Shown here one piece after another: positions 1-12,934 of a DNA stretch of 64,000 bases. The stretch comes from Octopus sinensis (lineage: Eukaryota). How positions within the stretch are numbered: the stretch's first letter is position 1; every line of letters begins with the position of its first letter. The translations under genes were made by a program, and so were the position numbers. Below the pieces are notes generated by a model. That model was not told the DNA's origin, did no database searches, and worked only from the letters and a program-made list of their open reading frames with translations. The stretch is taken from positions 55,118,001 to 55,182,000 of the forward strand of contig NC_043000.1 in the NCBI RefSeq assembly GCF_006345805.1. The letters run 5' to 3'.

Positions 1-392
1 AAATATATTAATGGCAGACTCATGAACTGTAATGGGTATCTATAAACATATAAATATAAGTTGATGCATAGTGGAGCAAATGATGTAAGCACATAAAAAA
101 ATATCATTAGATATATAATACCCGTTACATTTGTGATAAGTTCAGTCACTGAAATGCTGCGCGAAAACCACCGAAAAAGATTTTAGTAAAATGTATGGAC
201 CCAGTACGTAGACCTGTTTTGTATTTATTGATCTTTGTTAATTGAAGTTTTTGATAACATTTTTTAAAAACTGCATCTTTTGCAATGTGCTTTTAACAAT
301 TTATACAAATTCACGAACATGATGAGCTTGCTCTCAGATTCTGCCTACTAATTTTCACTCAAAAGGCATTGCAAATATCATAACTCTGACAG

Positions 393-443
393 ATGTAATA
401 CCACGTGCATGAGTAGGACCGAACAAGAAACGACACTTACAAA
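393..443 (+). CDS. Candidate 51-nt internal exon of an unidentified host gene (CNTTCMSRTEQETTLT)
   Basis: Acceptor ctgacag| and donor |gtaagt; stop-free in phase 2-2; would splice in frame to 4703-4757. The product is not recognised. Confidence 0.2.
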
Positions 444-1464
444 GTAAGTCTTTACCACATAATCATGTCCGAACTCGTAAGTATAAAATTTTATTGTATA
501 TCATATAAGTGTTTATTAAACATATTTGTAGTAGCAATTTATAAATTACAAAACATGTCGAATGGAATGAAATAGAAATCAAAGGATATATTTTCGTAAC
601 ATATCCACAAATGCTGCTTTGGTTTGCTTGTCAAGTACATTTATAAGAAATTGTATAAAAATTAGAGTTTAACATCACTTGCTGTCCACCGTTATGTGAG
701 TTGCTCATATTAGTGTCACGAATTATGATTAAATATCAAATATATATGTGATTTAATATGTCTATAGTTATTAGGAATTGTGAAGCTAATATATCTACAC
801 GATAAAGCGCTTACTAATTTTACTTATTTTGGTGCAATTTATACGAAGATATTAGAAGAAATTGGCCTACAGATAGATTTAATGGCATATTAAATAAAAT
901 TATCCACTAGAATTATAACTAATAACCATTATTATGTTCTAGTAACTGCCCTAAATTACGTTCATTAAGTTAAAGATAATCAAGTTTTCATAAATGTGGA
1001 ATACATTTAAAGAAATATTTCAATGCAAGGAAAATATAAATCAGAAAATTAATTTATATGATTACTGTTATCTCATTCATCCGACAGTTTGTTTCAGTGC
1101 TCTTGGGATGTATACGTAAATGTCGAACGATGAAAAAAATGAATGCTCAACACCGCACTGGTGCATATAATTTTTTTATTTGTGAATTAAGGCCACCGTT
1201 GGTTTCATGTTAAGAAAAGTAGGAAAATATCCCATGTCCTTAACGGATTTTCAAGCCGATCACATGGAGAAAGGCGAACACCTTCCTATATGCGATCGTC
1301 TTTCTTAACATGAAAACCTTTGGTAGCCTTAATTTACAAATAAAGATATATATAGTTGAAATTTATAGAAAAACAAAAGACGAAGACAGGTGTATGAATA
1401 ACAAGCAAGTGTCCATAGACATATGCATGTATATATATACACACACACACGCACACACATTTAC

Positions 1465-1543
<79 letters not shown>

Positions 1544-2983
1544 CATGTATACATGGATATACGCAATATACATGCATACATACATTTAATGTCTTGAGAT
1601 ATTTAAGCAAGTTCAGAAACTGATGGCTCTAAGAATACATCTTAATCGACGCGTTGTTAAATTATCACGTAAAAGTTGGAAATAAGGTTGAGATTACATA
1701 GAATATGTAACCCGCAAATTCTGGATTAATTGACTTTGTTAACATTCTGAATATTTATTTGACACTAAGGACCCAAATCTCAGAATCTTAATACTTAATT
1801 ATTCTGTACGTAATCCTATTTATATAATCATATACCTTTATGCTTTAATTTCATAAACGCGAGGGAGAAATGAAATATGTATCTCAAACTGTGACAAGCA
1901 ATTATTAAGTAACGATTGATATTATTGTTATCACCTACAATAATGTTCTTGGTTAGATTGAGCAGGGCATGATATAACCTTTAACAATATAAATGCAATG
2001 AAAAACGGCGTGTTGCTTCTCTGTCATGCATTTCAGTTTATAAATTTATAGAATTTCTCAGTGTGTGTTGCTCTAATATGAAAATAAAAACGTTTCACAG
2101 TTCTTGAACATTTAAGAAAATTGTACTCAGTAAAAGTAAATTAGACTGGCCTCAGTAATTATTTCTAAACATCTTGTATTTGCTGTCGTTACTCGGCCTC
2201 AAGTGGATGCCAATCACGAACGCGCCACTACAAATAGTATTTTCACACTTGCTCTCACTGATCATGGCTAAAAATACTATGTAACTTTCATCGGAATATG
2301 AAATATTCGATTCCAGTTAATTAGTTGTGAATAGAGGCCGTTAAGTTGGTATTCTTTCTGAACTAACGAGTTCATCACGAGACAGAATAACACATAATAG
2401 GGAAATATAATATTCACGACAATTTTGTATATTTTAACAAATTTATATTATATTAAATCTTCAACAATCGGCAAACGATGAAGATATGATAAAAACAATG
2501 TTACACGAACCATAAAGTTATAGGTACACTTTTTATTTAAAAATGAAGGTTTAGGTGCTTGTAATGCTATGTTTTAGTTTTCTATACTTTCTATCACAAA
2601 TGATCGGTCAGGTGACAGTGTCCTTAAGTTGTCTCTCGCCAATACTCCCTCAGATTAGACTATACCATCTTAAAAAATAAAAAAGTTGATACGCATATCA
2701 GAAAACAAATTACATTCTATGTTCGATGCTAGTTCCATCCCTCTTGTTTTACCTTCTGTTTTAGTTAAAGCCTGCTCGCGTCGCATTTTCGAAATTAAAA
2801 CCATCTTGATGCATGTTATGTCCTCTGTAATCCGACCAGATAATACATTTGCATATGTCCTCAGTAACACGACCAGATAATATGATTTTGTTTATTACCA
2901 ATACAAAAATCACCAAGAAATATTTTCTGGGTACTATTTTGACCTTTCTTTGGTGCTACTCTGCTATGTGGTAGACCTTATAT

Positions 2984-3020
<37 letters not shown>

Positions 3021-3021
<1 letters not shown>

Positions 3022-3725
3022 TTATAAATGAGGGTGAAAAATTTGATATTAATTTGATAATACCATCAATTTAACACCAAGTGGCTTAGCACATAAAAAC
3101 CAAGGGAAAAATACAAATTTATACATAAATATTAGTGAGTGACCACTGTGTGGTTCACTCTAGTGCAAAAAATCGCTCCGCTAATGGTATAGCCACTAAA
3201 AGTGGTGTCCAAGAAGAAATACCACTACATTTAACGTAAAGTAAGTGAAACACAACGAAAAAATAGATTAACCCTGAACAATTGTTTCATTATTAATGTA
3301 CCATGCAATTTTACTTACACAACATCCATAAATCTTCAGCAGGGGTTTGTCTTAAATACAATTTATTAAGTCGCAGCGAGCGTCAAATACACGTGCGATT
3401 TAATCAATTGTATCCGTAGTTATGATTCAAATTTCCCCGCCAAAAGAGCGATAAGACTTACTGGAAACGAGTACTGCATAAAATATTTACTGCAGTATAA
3501 TTAAATTTATAAATGAGGGTGAAAAATGTGATATTAATTTAATAATACCATCAATTTAACACCAAGTGGCTTAGCACATAAAAAGCAAGGGAAAAATACA
3601 AATTTATACATAAATATTAGAGAGTGACCACTATGTGGTTTACTCTAGTGCTAGAAATAGCTCCGCTAATGGTATAGCCACTATTTTAGCACTAGAGTGA
3701 ACCACATAGTGGTCACTCTCTAATA
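3021..3725. repeat. 178-bp direct duplication with a terminal 42-bp inverted copy
   Basis: 3021-3198 and 3506-3683 are near-identical; 3684-3725 is the reverse complement of 3615-3656 with 2 mismatches in 42. Confidence 0.9.
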
Positions 3726-4147
3726 ATATATATATATATATATATATAATGAAGTAATAAAGGGGATAATTATCCCCTTATACAGCACAAAAAATAGCGT
3801 TGTAATACAGCCTCAGGTATATAAAACCAAGAAAGAGAGAACAAATTTCAAAGGTCAATATTCATATCCACTCAATATATTTCAAAGCATCGGATTACTC
3901 CACAGCATACATAGGTGCATTCATATACACAAGATATAACATAAAAAAATTAAAAATATATAAATACATAAATGTACTTGCGAGGTTGTATGTCTGTATC
4001 AAAATCAATGACGATATTAAAATATACGGATAGTGAATGTGTAGCGGCAATCCAAATAGATGAGATTGATGGTATAAGGTATAAAATGGTGTTAAAAGGT
4101 ATATAGATATGGATATAGATATGGATATATATATATATATATATTAT

Positions 4148-4178
<31 letters not shown>

Positions 4179-4702
4179 ATATATATAATAGTATATATTT
4201 CCATATATACTTACAGTTATTTATATGTATATACTTATGTATTTATATGTATATACATATGTATGCAGGTATATGTATTTTATTGAATGTAATTGTTATT
4301 TATTCTTTTATACACGCAGCCAGAACACCATGTTTATTTCATGTTCCGTATGAGTTTTAACTTGATTTTCCTCTTATTTTATTTGCTGACATTGATTTAA
4401 TATTTCTTCGTATTTTAAACATAAGTCTCATCCAATTTTTCTTTTCTGTTTTATGTAAAGTAACACACCAGTAGAAATGAGCTGGCAAAAAAAATCACCG
4501 ATGCTGTTGTTAAATTTCAAATTTTATTTCTTCATTGCATAAATGGCTCCAGTAAGTCTATTGGCATGTACATCTAATTATGCTGTTATGTCTCCAGAGA
4601 TTTTCAACGATGATCGAGAATCGTGATATAAATTTCTGTTTTTGCTATACTCAACAATGATCAAAGTCATTCAAATATTACTTTTCCTAACTTATATTTT
4701 AG

Positions 4703-4757
4703 CCATGATACCTATCGTGCTGTGCAAGAAGGATTTACTTTCGTATTTCGAAGAATG
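4703..4757 (+). CDS. Candidate 55-nt internal exon (N-HDTYRAVQEGFTFVFRRM)
   Basis: Branch-like ctaac and pyrimidine tract in cttttcctaacttatattttag|, donor |gtaata; in frame with 393-443. No family recognised. Confidence 0.2.
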
Positions 4758-4844
4758 GTAATAGAATTCAAGTCTTGTTTCAACATCATCATCAACAATG
4801 ACAAACCACAACAGTAGCACTAGCAAAAGACTATTATATATATA

Positions 4845-6435
4845 TAAGTTAGTTTAGGTATGTATATAAGTCGTGGGTCTGTGGTTTACGTGTGTGTTTT
4901 GTGTGTGAATGTTTAGGTTAGGGGGATTACTATAGGTTTGTTATAGAGTTTAGCATAGGGAGATTTTATCGTTATATGTTTTTAAGAGTTTTGGTTTATC
5001 ATGGTTTTTTTTAGGGAATTCGTAGTATTTTTTTCTTTTTTCGATGTTGGTTGTTTTATTATATGTTTCATTCATAATTTTTGAGTGGTGTTCGTTTTGC
5101 CACGTGAATTTTATTTTAATTCCATTTATTCCATTTCTCCATTCATTAATTTAGAGATGTTCGTTTCCAGAGCGGTTATACTTTTATATATATGTTAAGT
5201 TCCTTGGTAAAGTAATTTTGTTTGGTGTATATGTTGAGGCTTATATGTACTTGTGGGGGTGTTGTGAGTGGGGTGGGAGTTTGTTTGTTATGGGTGTGTG
5301 GTTTACGAGTGGTTTTGTGTGTGAATGTATAGGTTAAAGGAATTTATATAAGTATGTTTTAGTGTTTAGTAAAGGGAGGTTTTATCATTTCTGTTTTGTG
5401 AGTTTTAGCTTATCATGGTAGTTTTATAAAAGAATCCATTATAATTTTTGTTTATTTCTGTGTGGGGTTGAGTGGGTTTTGGAGTATATGTTGAGGTTTA
5501 TATGTATGTATTGGTATGTGTAAGTGGGTGGGTATTGTATATGTCGTGGGTGTGTGGTTTACGTGTGTTGTATTGTGTGTGAATGTTTAGGTTAGGGGGA
5601 TTGCTATATAGGTTTGTTATAGAGTTTAGTAAAGGGAGATTTTATCATTATATGTTTTTATGAGTTTTGGTTATCATGGTAGTTTGATAAGGAATTTGTA
5701 GTAATTTGTGTTTATTTGCGATGTCTGTTGTTTTATTGCATTGTTTCATTCATATTTTTAAGTAGTGTTCGTTTTACCAAGTGAATATAATTTTTAATTC
5801 CATTTATTCTATTTCTCCGTTCATAGTTTTGAGTGATGTCCATTTCTAGAGCGTGAATGGGGGTGTATGTGTGTGTGTGGGGGAGTATGAATAAGTATTG
5901 TGTTGAAGTATTTAGCTATTTTATTTACTTATAGTTGCCTAGACATTTTTATGTGTATGTATAGGGATATATATATAGGTGTGTGATTTAGTGTATGTAG
6001 TTAGATATGGTTATATATAATTAGGTATATGCGTATGGGTGTATATATAGTTAATATTATAATATTATTATTTTTTTTTGTTTTGTTTATATTTTATATT
6101 TTATATTTTATATTTTATATTTTATATTTTATATTTAATTGTTGATAGGTTTTTTTAGTTTATATATTGTTTATATATTGATTATATATGGATTATAGAT
6201 AGGTTATATATGGATTATATACTTATATTTTTTCATTCATACTTAATTATTTTAAAATTATTATTTTATTTTTAAAATATTGATTTTTTGGATTGGAAGT
6301 CCACCTGAAGATTGTCGATCAAGACAAGAAACGATTGTAGTGGCGGTTTTTTTTACTATTTATTAAAATTTATGTATTGATTAAGTCTTTCCTTGTTTGT
6401 TTTGCAAAATAGTGGTTTTGTCTCGAATAATATTT
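4845..6435. mobile_element. Decayed Penelope-like element remnant with an internal tandem triplication and a terminal hammerhead
   Basis: G/T-rich and C-poor on +. The minus strand gives a broken K/N/T-rich frame (..FTWQNEHHSKIMNETY..KNHDKPKLLKTY..YSNPPNLN) loosely like a PLE RT-EN linker. Hammerhead at 6301-6343, then an AT tail into (TA)n. Family assignment is inference. Confidence 0.4.
6301..6343 (+). ncRNA. Minimal type-I hammerhead ribozyme motif
   Basis: Stem I ccac/gtgg; core CTGAAGA; stem II ttgtc-gatcaa-gacaa; GAAA; stem III AC-GATT-GT; cleavage triplet GUA (cut after 6339). Confidence 0.7.
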
Positions 6436-6532
<97 letters not shown>

Positions 6533-6589
6533 CAATGCAAACTATCACGTGTATATATATATATACAGAGACACATGCACTTATATATA

Positions 6590-6630
<41 letters not shown>

Positions 6631-6632
<2 letters not shown>

Positions 6633-6925
6633 TTTCCTTTTATTTGTTTCAGTCATATGACTCCTGCAATGCCGGAGCACCACCTTTTGTTGAAAAAATT
6701 GACCCAGGAGTATTCTTTGTAAATCTAGTACTTATTCTATCAGTCTCTTTGGCTGAACCGGTATGTTACAGAGACGTAAATACACCACCCTCGGTTGTCA
6801 AACGGAGCTGGGGGAAAATTAGATACACAAACACATACACACATACACACACACACATACACACACACGCACACACGCACACACACACACACACCACACA
6901 CACATACACACACACACACACACAT

Positions 6926-6957
<32 letters not shown>

Positions 6958-7150
6958 GTATTTGGTAAAGGGAAACAGAAAGAACCCCGTCGTATATAAT
7001 ATATATATATATATATATACGACGGGGTTCTTTCTGTTTCCCTTTACCAAATACAGTCACCAAGCTTGGTCGGCCCGAGGCTATAGTAGAAAACAAGTGC
7101 CCAAGGTGCCACATGAACCCGGAATCATGTGACTGAAAAACAAGCTACTT
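6631..7150 (-). mobile_element. tRNA-derived SINE with an internal (TA)n/(CA)n tract
   Basis: Collinear with the + strand copy at 60433-60812 (head, cttgggcacttg core, ..gtcg(TA)n, 3' tail gactgaaacaaataaaag). Confidence 0.85.
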
Positions 7151-7764
7151 TATTTCATACACTTTGCCACAGAGGTATGACATAGAGTGACCGCGGGCTG
7201 GACAATTACATTAATGAGATGAAAAGAATATAAAAATATGAATAAGGGAATAGAATGGTGCCCGTCGACCGCCATCTCCCGAAAACAATGTTCCCTTTAG
7301 AATAAACAGAACGAGGTTTCAAACCTCTTATCATTTTACAATACCGAGACTTTCCTACCTATTACCCGTAATCCTCTTCAACAACTTCTTCAAATTCAGT
7401 ATCGCTTCTGACCCCGTACCCCACCATTTCCCACGCGTTTGTCATGCCGGTGCCACTTGGCCATAAGTGATACTTGTTTCTGAGTTCCTTCAGCCTTTGC
7501 ACCACGGGCACCTTTATGAAATACTGATACACCATTACTACCATCAACAACAAGAGATCTCTGAAATCACGCCTGGCTTGTAGATGGTTCGCATCAACTA
7601 CTTAAAATAGCAAGGAAATATTCTTCATGCAACCTATATTACACATACGCCTATAGGTAGGTGTGTGTATATATATATATACAAAATTATCTAATAGGTA
7701 TATGTACCTATATCCTATTTTTAAATTGTATATATATATATATAATATATATGCAATTTAAAAA

Positions 7765-8016
7765 ATGAACTGAATGCAAGGATTATTACAGCATTGACCA
7801 ACTTAAACAACGAGACTGTCTAGAAGAGGTGCAGGAGATTTCGTAGTCGTTTGAAGGCTGTGGTTGAAGCCAGTGGCAATTTTATTGAATAGATTTAGTC
7901 TTTAGTATTTGAAGATATTTTATGTAACTTTGGTAACTACAACAGTTAAAATAATGTATCAGTATTATTTACATGTTTGCGTAGTTTAGACGACAAAATA
8001 TTCACCGCACACTTTA
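7765..8016 (+). mobile_element. Tc1/mariner-superfamily transposase C-terminus and 3' end
   Basis: ELNARIITALTNLNNETV*KRCRRFRSRLKAVVEASGNFIE* is a typical C-terminal 'R..AVV.A.G..IE' motif; a TIR-like ttcaccgcacac..ta follows. Confidence 0.7.
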
Positions 8017-8029
8017 CTTAGCATCATCA

Positions 8030-8225
8030 TGTCAGGAAGATACAATTATTTCCCATCCTTTGCCTCTAAGGAATTTACGCACTACAGAAATTCTCCAGCA
8101 ATCAAGAATCTCCGGCGTTGAAGCCATTATCCAAAGCCTTCTTCTAAGATGGGTCAGTCATGATATCAGAACACCTGTTAATTGTCTCCCTAAAATGGTC
8201 TTCTTCGAAGAGCTATCAACCGGTG
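8030..8225 (+). mobile_element. RTE-clade LINE C-terminal fragment
   Basis: TTEILQQSRISGVEAIIQSLLLRWVSHDIRTPVNCLPKMVFFEELSTG matches the RTE pattern 'EVL..A...SIEA.....QLRW.GHV.RM...RLPK..F.GEL..G'. Confidence 0.65.
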
Positions 8226-9685
8226 TTTATATATATATATATATATATATGCGTGTGTGTGTGTGTGGTGTGTGTGAGTGAGTGTATGTTTGTGTGTGTG
8301 TTACTGTATGTGTGTGTCTGCATCTTTACGTCTGTCTTTATCCCCCAACACCATTTGAGTACAGGTATTAGTGTAAGCCTTACACCAACGGCAGTGAAAA
8401 TGCGGTCTTTGTGAGATGGAAAGATGGCTTATCTGGAAAAGTTCTTTAGAACACGATACATATCTGAATTCAAGAAATGAACTTTTTGAGTCATGTCCAC
8501 ATCTAGCAAAACATTTGCTACGTTTCTGGACCCCGTTAAGATCACAAATAGGACATGCTTTTTATATTATGTCTACGTATACGCATTTCACATGCTTTAA
8601 TATCTCTTATACATTTATATATATATTATTACTTTATATATCTTTTCTGATTATTATTTTTCACACTTTATACTTGTGTGACTTATACTCGTGTAGTATA
8701 TACCTAATGTATATGTGCGTACATATGTACATTGTGTATGAATGATTGTATATATACAAGAGCAAGACTTTACCTGTTATACTTGTCTCCTTCCTTCATG
8801 CACGCATATATGTATGTATATACGTTTATGTGTCTGCAGGTGTAGATGTGTTTGTCAGACAGGGGGTTGTATCTGTGTATATGCATATATAACTTTTTTG
8901 TATATTCAAGTTTTAGAGCGAAGGTGCATGTTTTACGGCTCATGTTTTTTTTGCGTATGTGTTTATATTTGTATATACGTCTATCCGCGTACATATGTGC
9001 ATGTGTGTATAGACTACATTTTGTATATCCGCGGATGTGTATGGGCGTATAGAGATGTGTATATGAGCATAGTGATGCGTGCATGAGTATATTTGCGTGT
9101 GTATGTGCGTGTATGCGTAGACATATATATATATGTATATATGTGTGTTTGTAAGTATATGGACACGCGTGTGTGAGTATGTACAAATATATATATATAT
9201 ATACATACATGCGTGTGCATACATGTATGTGTGTGCATATGTGTGCATATGCGGATTCTACTTTCAGCATGCCTATTGGAGTAATTTACATTTATTTAAC
9301 GGTTTTTCATAGCGAATATCTGATGAGATGCCAATATCCGACACTCTGAGTTTTATTATGACAATCAACTATTAGTCACATATTATATTTATAGACGAAT
9401 TCCTCTATTTTACATAATATAGAAGTCTCATTCATTCTTTTGTTGTCATTATTTTTATTAATATATATATATAGGTGTGCGTGTGTGTATGTGTTTAGTA
9501 TCTGTGTATGTATGTATTTCCGTCTGTGTTTATCGTCCCCCGCCACCGCGTGTCAACTGATGTTGACATGTTTAAGCCCGTGTAACCTAGAAACGATCTA
9601 TAAATTTAATATCAGGCATTAAAAAATGTACTGGGCTCCAGAATAACCACTGTCTAATGACTGAAGGGAGTAATATCTGAGTGCG

Positions 9686-9771
<86 letters not shown>

Positions 9772-12085
9772 ATGCTCTCGCATTTGTATGTAGAAGTAAC
9801 CATGAATGCATGTATGTATGTTTGTATGTATGTCTGTCTGTATGTATGTATGTATGTATATACATGCACACTTTTGCTTGTGTTGAATATATTCGATATT
9901 GACATATTTACCGTGATTGATTTTATTAACTATTTTATTAACTATTACACAAATGATGAGTAGTTTATTCGGATAATGAATTTCTATGCACTTGTTTCTA
10001 GCTCTTTCAAATTTTAGCAGGTACCCTCTTACCAATACAGAAAGCGCGTTGGATCATATTAAAGAGTAATTAATTTTCTAAGTCATATACCGTTACCTGC
10101 TCACTCTGCAGAAGTGTTTTTAAGTAATACAAGTTATAAGCTTCACATGGTCAAATTCGCTCCTGTAGCTATTGCTATATTTGTTAAACATCTAAATAAC
10201 TGATGAAGCGTATTGTAGACATTTTATAAGAATGAAGCGCGCAAGTCATCCAGTCTTGAATCACTGTTGCTGAATCCATAGGCAATTACTATTTTTATGA
10301 GCATTTGCTAAATAATATTATTAAGTGTATAAGAGAAATGGTTGTCTACTATGTCATATCTGACAGCCGGATTTGTACTTTGGACTTAGCTAAAAACGAA
10401 TACCCCATAAGTTTAGTTCATTAAGTTTACTAGAGTACCTTTCTTGGAAGGAACGTGAATGTCCAAATTCAACACAGGTACCTTTCTATATTTTAAAAAA
10501 ATCACATTAAATAATGTTTTTCAAGAGACGCTTTCTAAAAATAATACAGGATAGTGGCGTTTTAAATTGCTTTGAGAAAGTTTTCCTTATTTTGAGAAAC
10601 AATGGCTGCAAAAGATACAAATGTATTTGTTGCTGTACCGATCACCATATGAAAGTATCTCGACATGAACTACAAATTATTCTGCTTGCGTATAAAAATG
10701 GGGAGATTGTAGTTAGATAGTGTAAAAGTGATGAATTATGTATTATGAAATTAGCTATTAATAGATGATCTCAGTTTTCAGGAGGTTATATGTCAGGACC
10801 AATTTATCATAATCATAAGCTCTTACGGTCGCTAAGATGCATTGTTTCGGCAATGTGAGATGAAAAACATAACCATGGTCTTAGTAAATGTCATTGAATT
10901 GTTTATATTTGAATTTCAAGGTGGTCTGTAGCATTTTGATTCTAATAAGTGTCCTGTCGAATGAAAAGTTAGTACCGACTGTTACTTTCAATATTTCTAC
11001 GTAACGGCGTGATCTCACAGATTAAAAATACGTTGAATTAAAAACATGATGAATTAATTACCATTAAAATACGCAGCGGTTTCATTGAGGAATTCCACAG
11101 ATATTCCTGTACATCTAAAATATTATAGATTTTATATATGACTCATCGTGAATTCAAATCCAGTTGCATAGATTCATTGTAGGTTTGGTGGCTACTGTTC
11201 TGCGTTTCGAAGCTAATTTATTTTCTAAATTAGATGCTCTGATTTGAGGTCGTAAGTATTTATTCAATATCATGAAAAGAAAACGTGTGTAAATATAGAT
11301 TACTGTAATTTTAATGTAATTTTAATTCATAGAATGGAGATATTTCATACAACACTTGTCTGCAAAAGTCAAGAAATTTATTTAATAGAGTTTCAAAGAG
11401 AGCGTTTTCTAAATTTTGACTATCAAAAAGAACTTATTTTGTAAGAGGATGTATCCACTTTAACAAGTTGACAGTAAAGGAATAACCTCTGGCTGTGTTA
11501 TCTAATGTATCTATACATAAGTGACTGTTAGGAACAATGAAACTGGAGAGTATTTTGGGACAAAGATCGTCTAATAATATTGGGGACAATGCACAAAAAC
11601 ATATAGGTGAATACTTGTAAGTTGCTTAAACAGCATACTGACACTCGAATACTGTTGCATGTCAAACTGCTTCCTTTACTATATATTTCATTATAAATTG
11701 CGCTGTTATAATTCATAAATAATGAAATAATTATGCTTGTGGATGTTATAAAACATTTTGCCGTTCATTATTTGTGAATGAAAATAAAATATATTTGTCA
11801 TTTTAATATTCAGAATAAGCATTTAGTGCTTTGATAACTAATCGAAGACATCATGAAATTTCACTGAAGCTGAAGTAATCGTACCAGCTTGTTGCAAGTG
11901 TGCATCTACACACATATTTAATCAACGACACATTGATATACATTGCTTTATTAGAAATATATACGTAAGTATTCATTACTACGGATATATGGAGTTACGT
12001 ACGTAATTATTTCTCTGTGTGTGTATGCGTGTGTGTGTGTGTTTGTATATACACACACGCACTCATACATGTGTATATGTGTATA

Positions 12086-12132
<47 letters not shown>

Positions 12133-12369
12133 AGAGAGAGAGGTACCTAAATACATTCAAATGTTTGTTTCGTGTCTGTGTGAGTAGTCAATCGAAAAAT
12201 CTGCAATTATTAAATCGATTTTCGTTGAGCTTCAATATTCCTGATTGACTGTAATTAAATTTCGGAGTTCATTATGAAAACGTATACCTTAATTAGTTAT
12301 CAATACGAAATATTTCCAACATAGTCGATGTCACATTCTCCCAATTACACACACACACAAACACATATG

Positions 12370-12403
<34 letters not shown>

Positions 12404-12934
12404 ATACACAACACATATGTATATATATATATATATACACAACACATATGTATATATATATATATATACACAAATATAATATAATATATGAAGCTTACAA
12501 AACGCAGCCCTGCACCTGCTTACATAGAGTATTAGGTGCATTGAATATCTACATATAGTGTGAAAGAAATTGATAGAAGTAGATTAAATAAACTTAAAAA
12601 ACTTCATACAAAATATTATTTTAAAATCGATAGATTATTTTGTTCATAAGCTATTTTTTATCAGAATTCGGGTACACGAAAGCATCATACTCTTCAATTG
12701 CTTATACTCGATCTTACTTGCGTTATGTATTTTAAGAACACCGTCGTGAGAAGATTGGCAAATTGCCATGGGCATAAAAGGGGGTAGTCTCAGAGTAACG
12801 GAAGCCAGATATATACAGGAGTAGGCTCTTCTGTATATATCTGTATATATCTGGCCCCCTCTCTCTTTCTCTCTCTCTCTCTCACTCTCTCTCTCTCTTT
12901 CTCTCTCTCTCTATATATATATATTATATAAGAC

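Noticed and set aside
3780-3830. Possible hammerhead on minus (cctgaggctgtattacaacgct)
   Set aside because: Lacks the GA after CTGAG and the GAAA; too decayed to support.
4845-6290. Mitochondrial insertion (NUMT) suggested by the G/T skew
   Set aside because: No mitochondrial protein, rRNA or tRNA motifs; it ends in a hammerhead and repeat-type tail instead.
12804-12855. 15-bp inverted repeat gccagatatatacag / ctgtatatatctggc with a 10-bp tandem duplication
   Set aside because: Short and largely TA-derived; no evidence of function.
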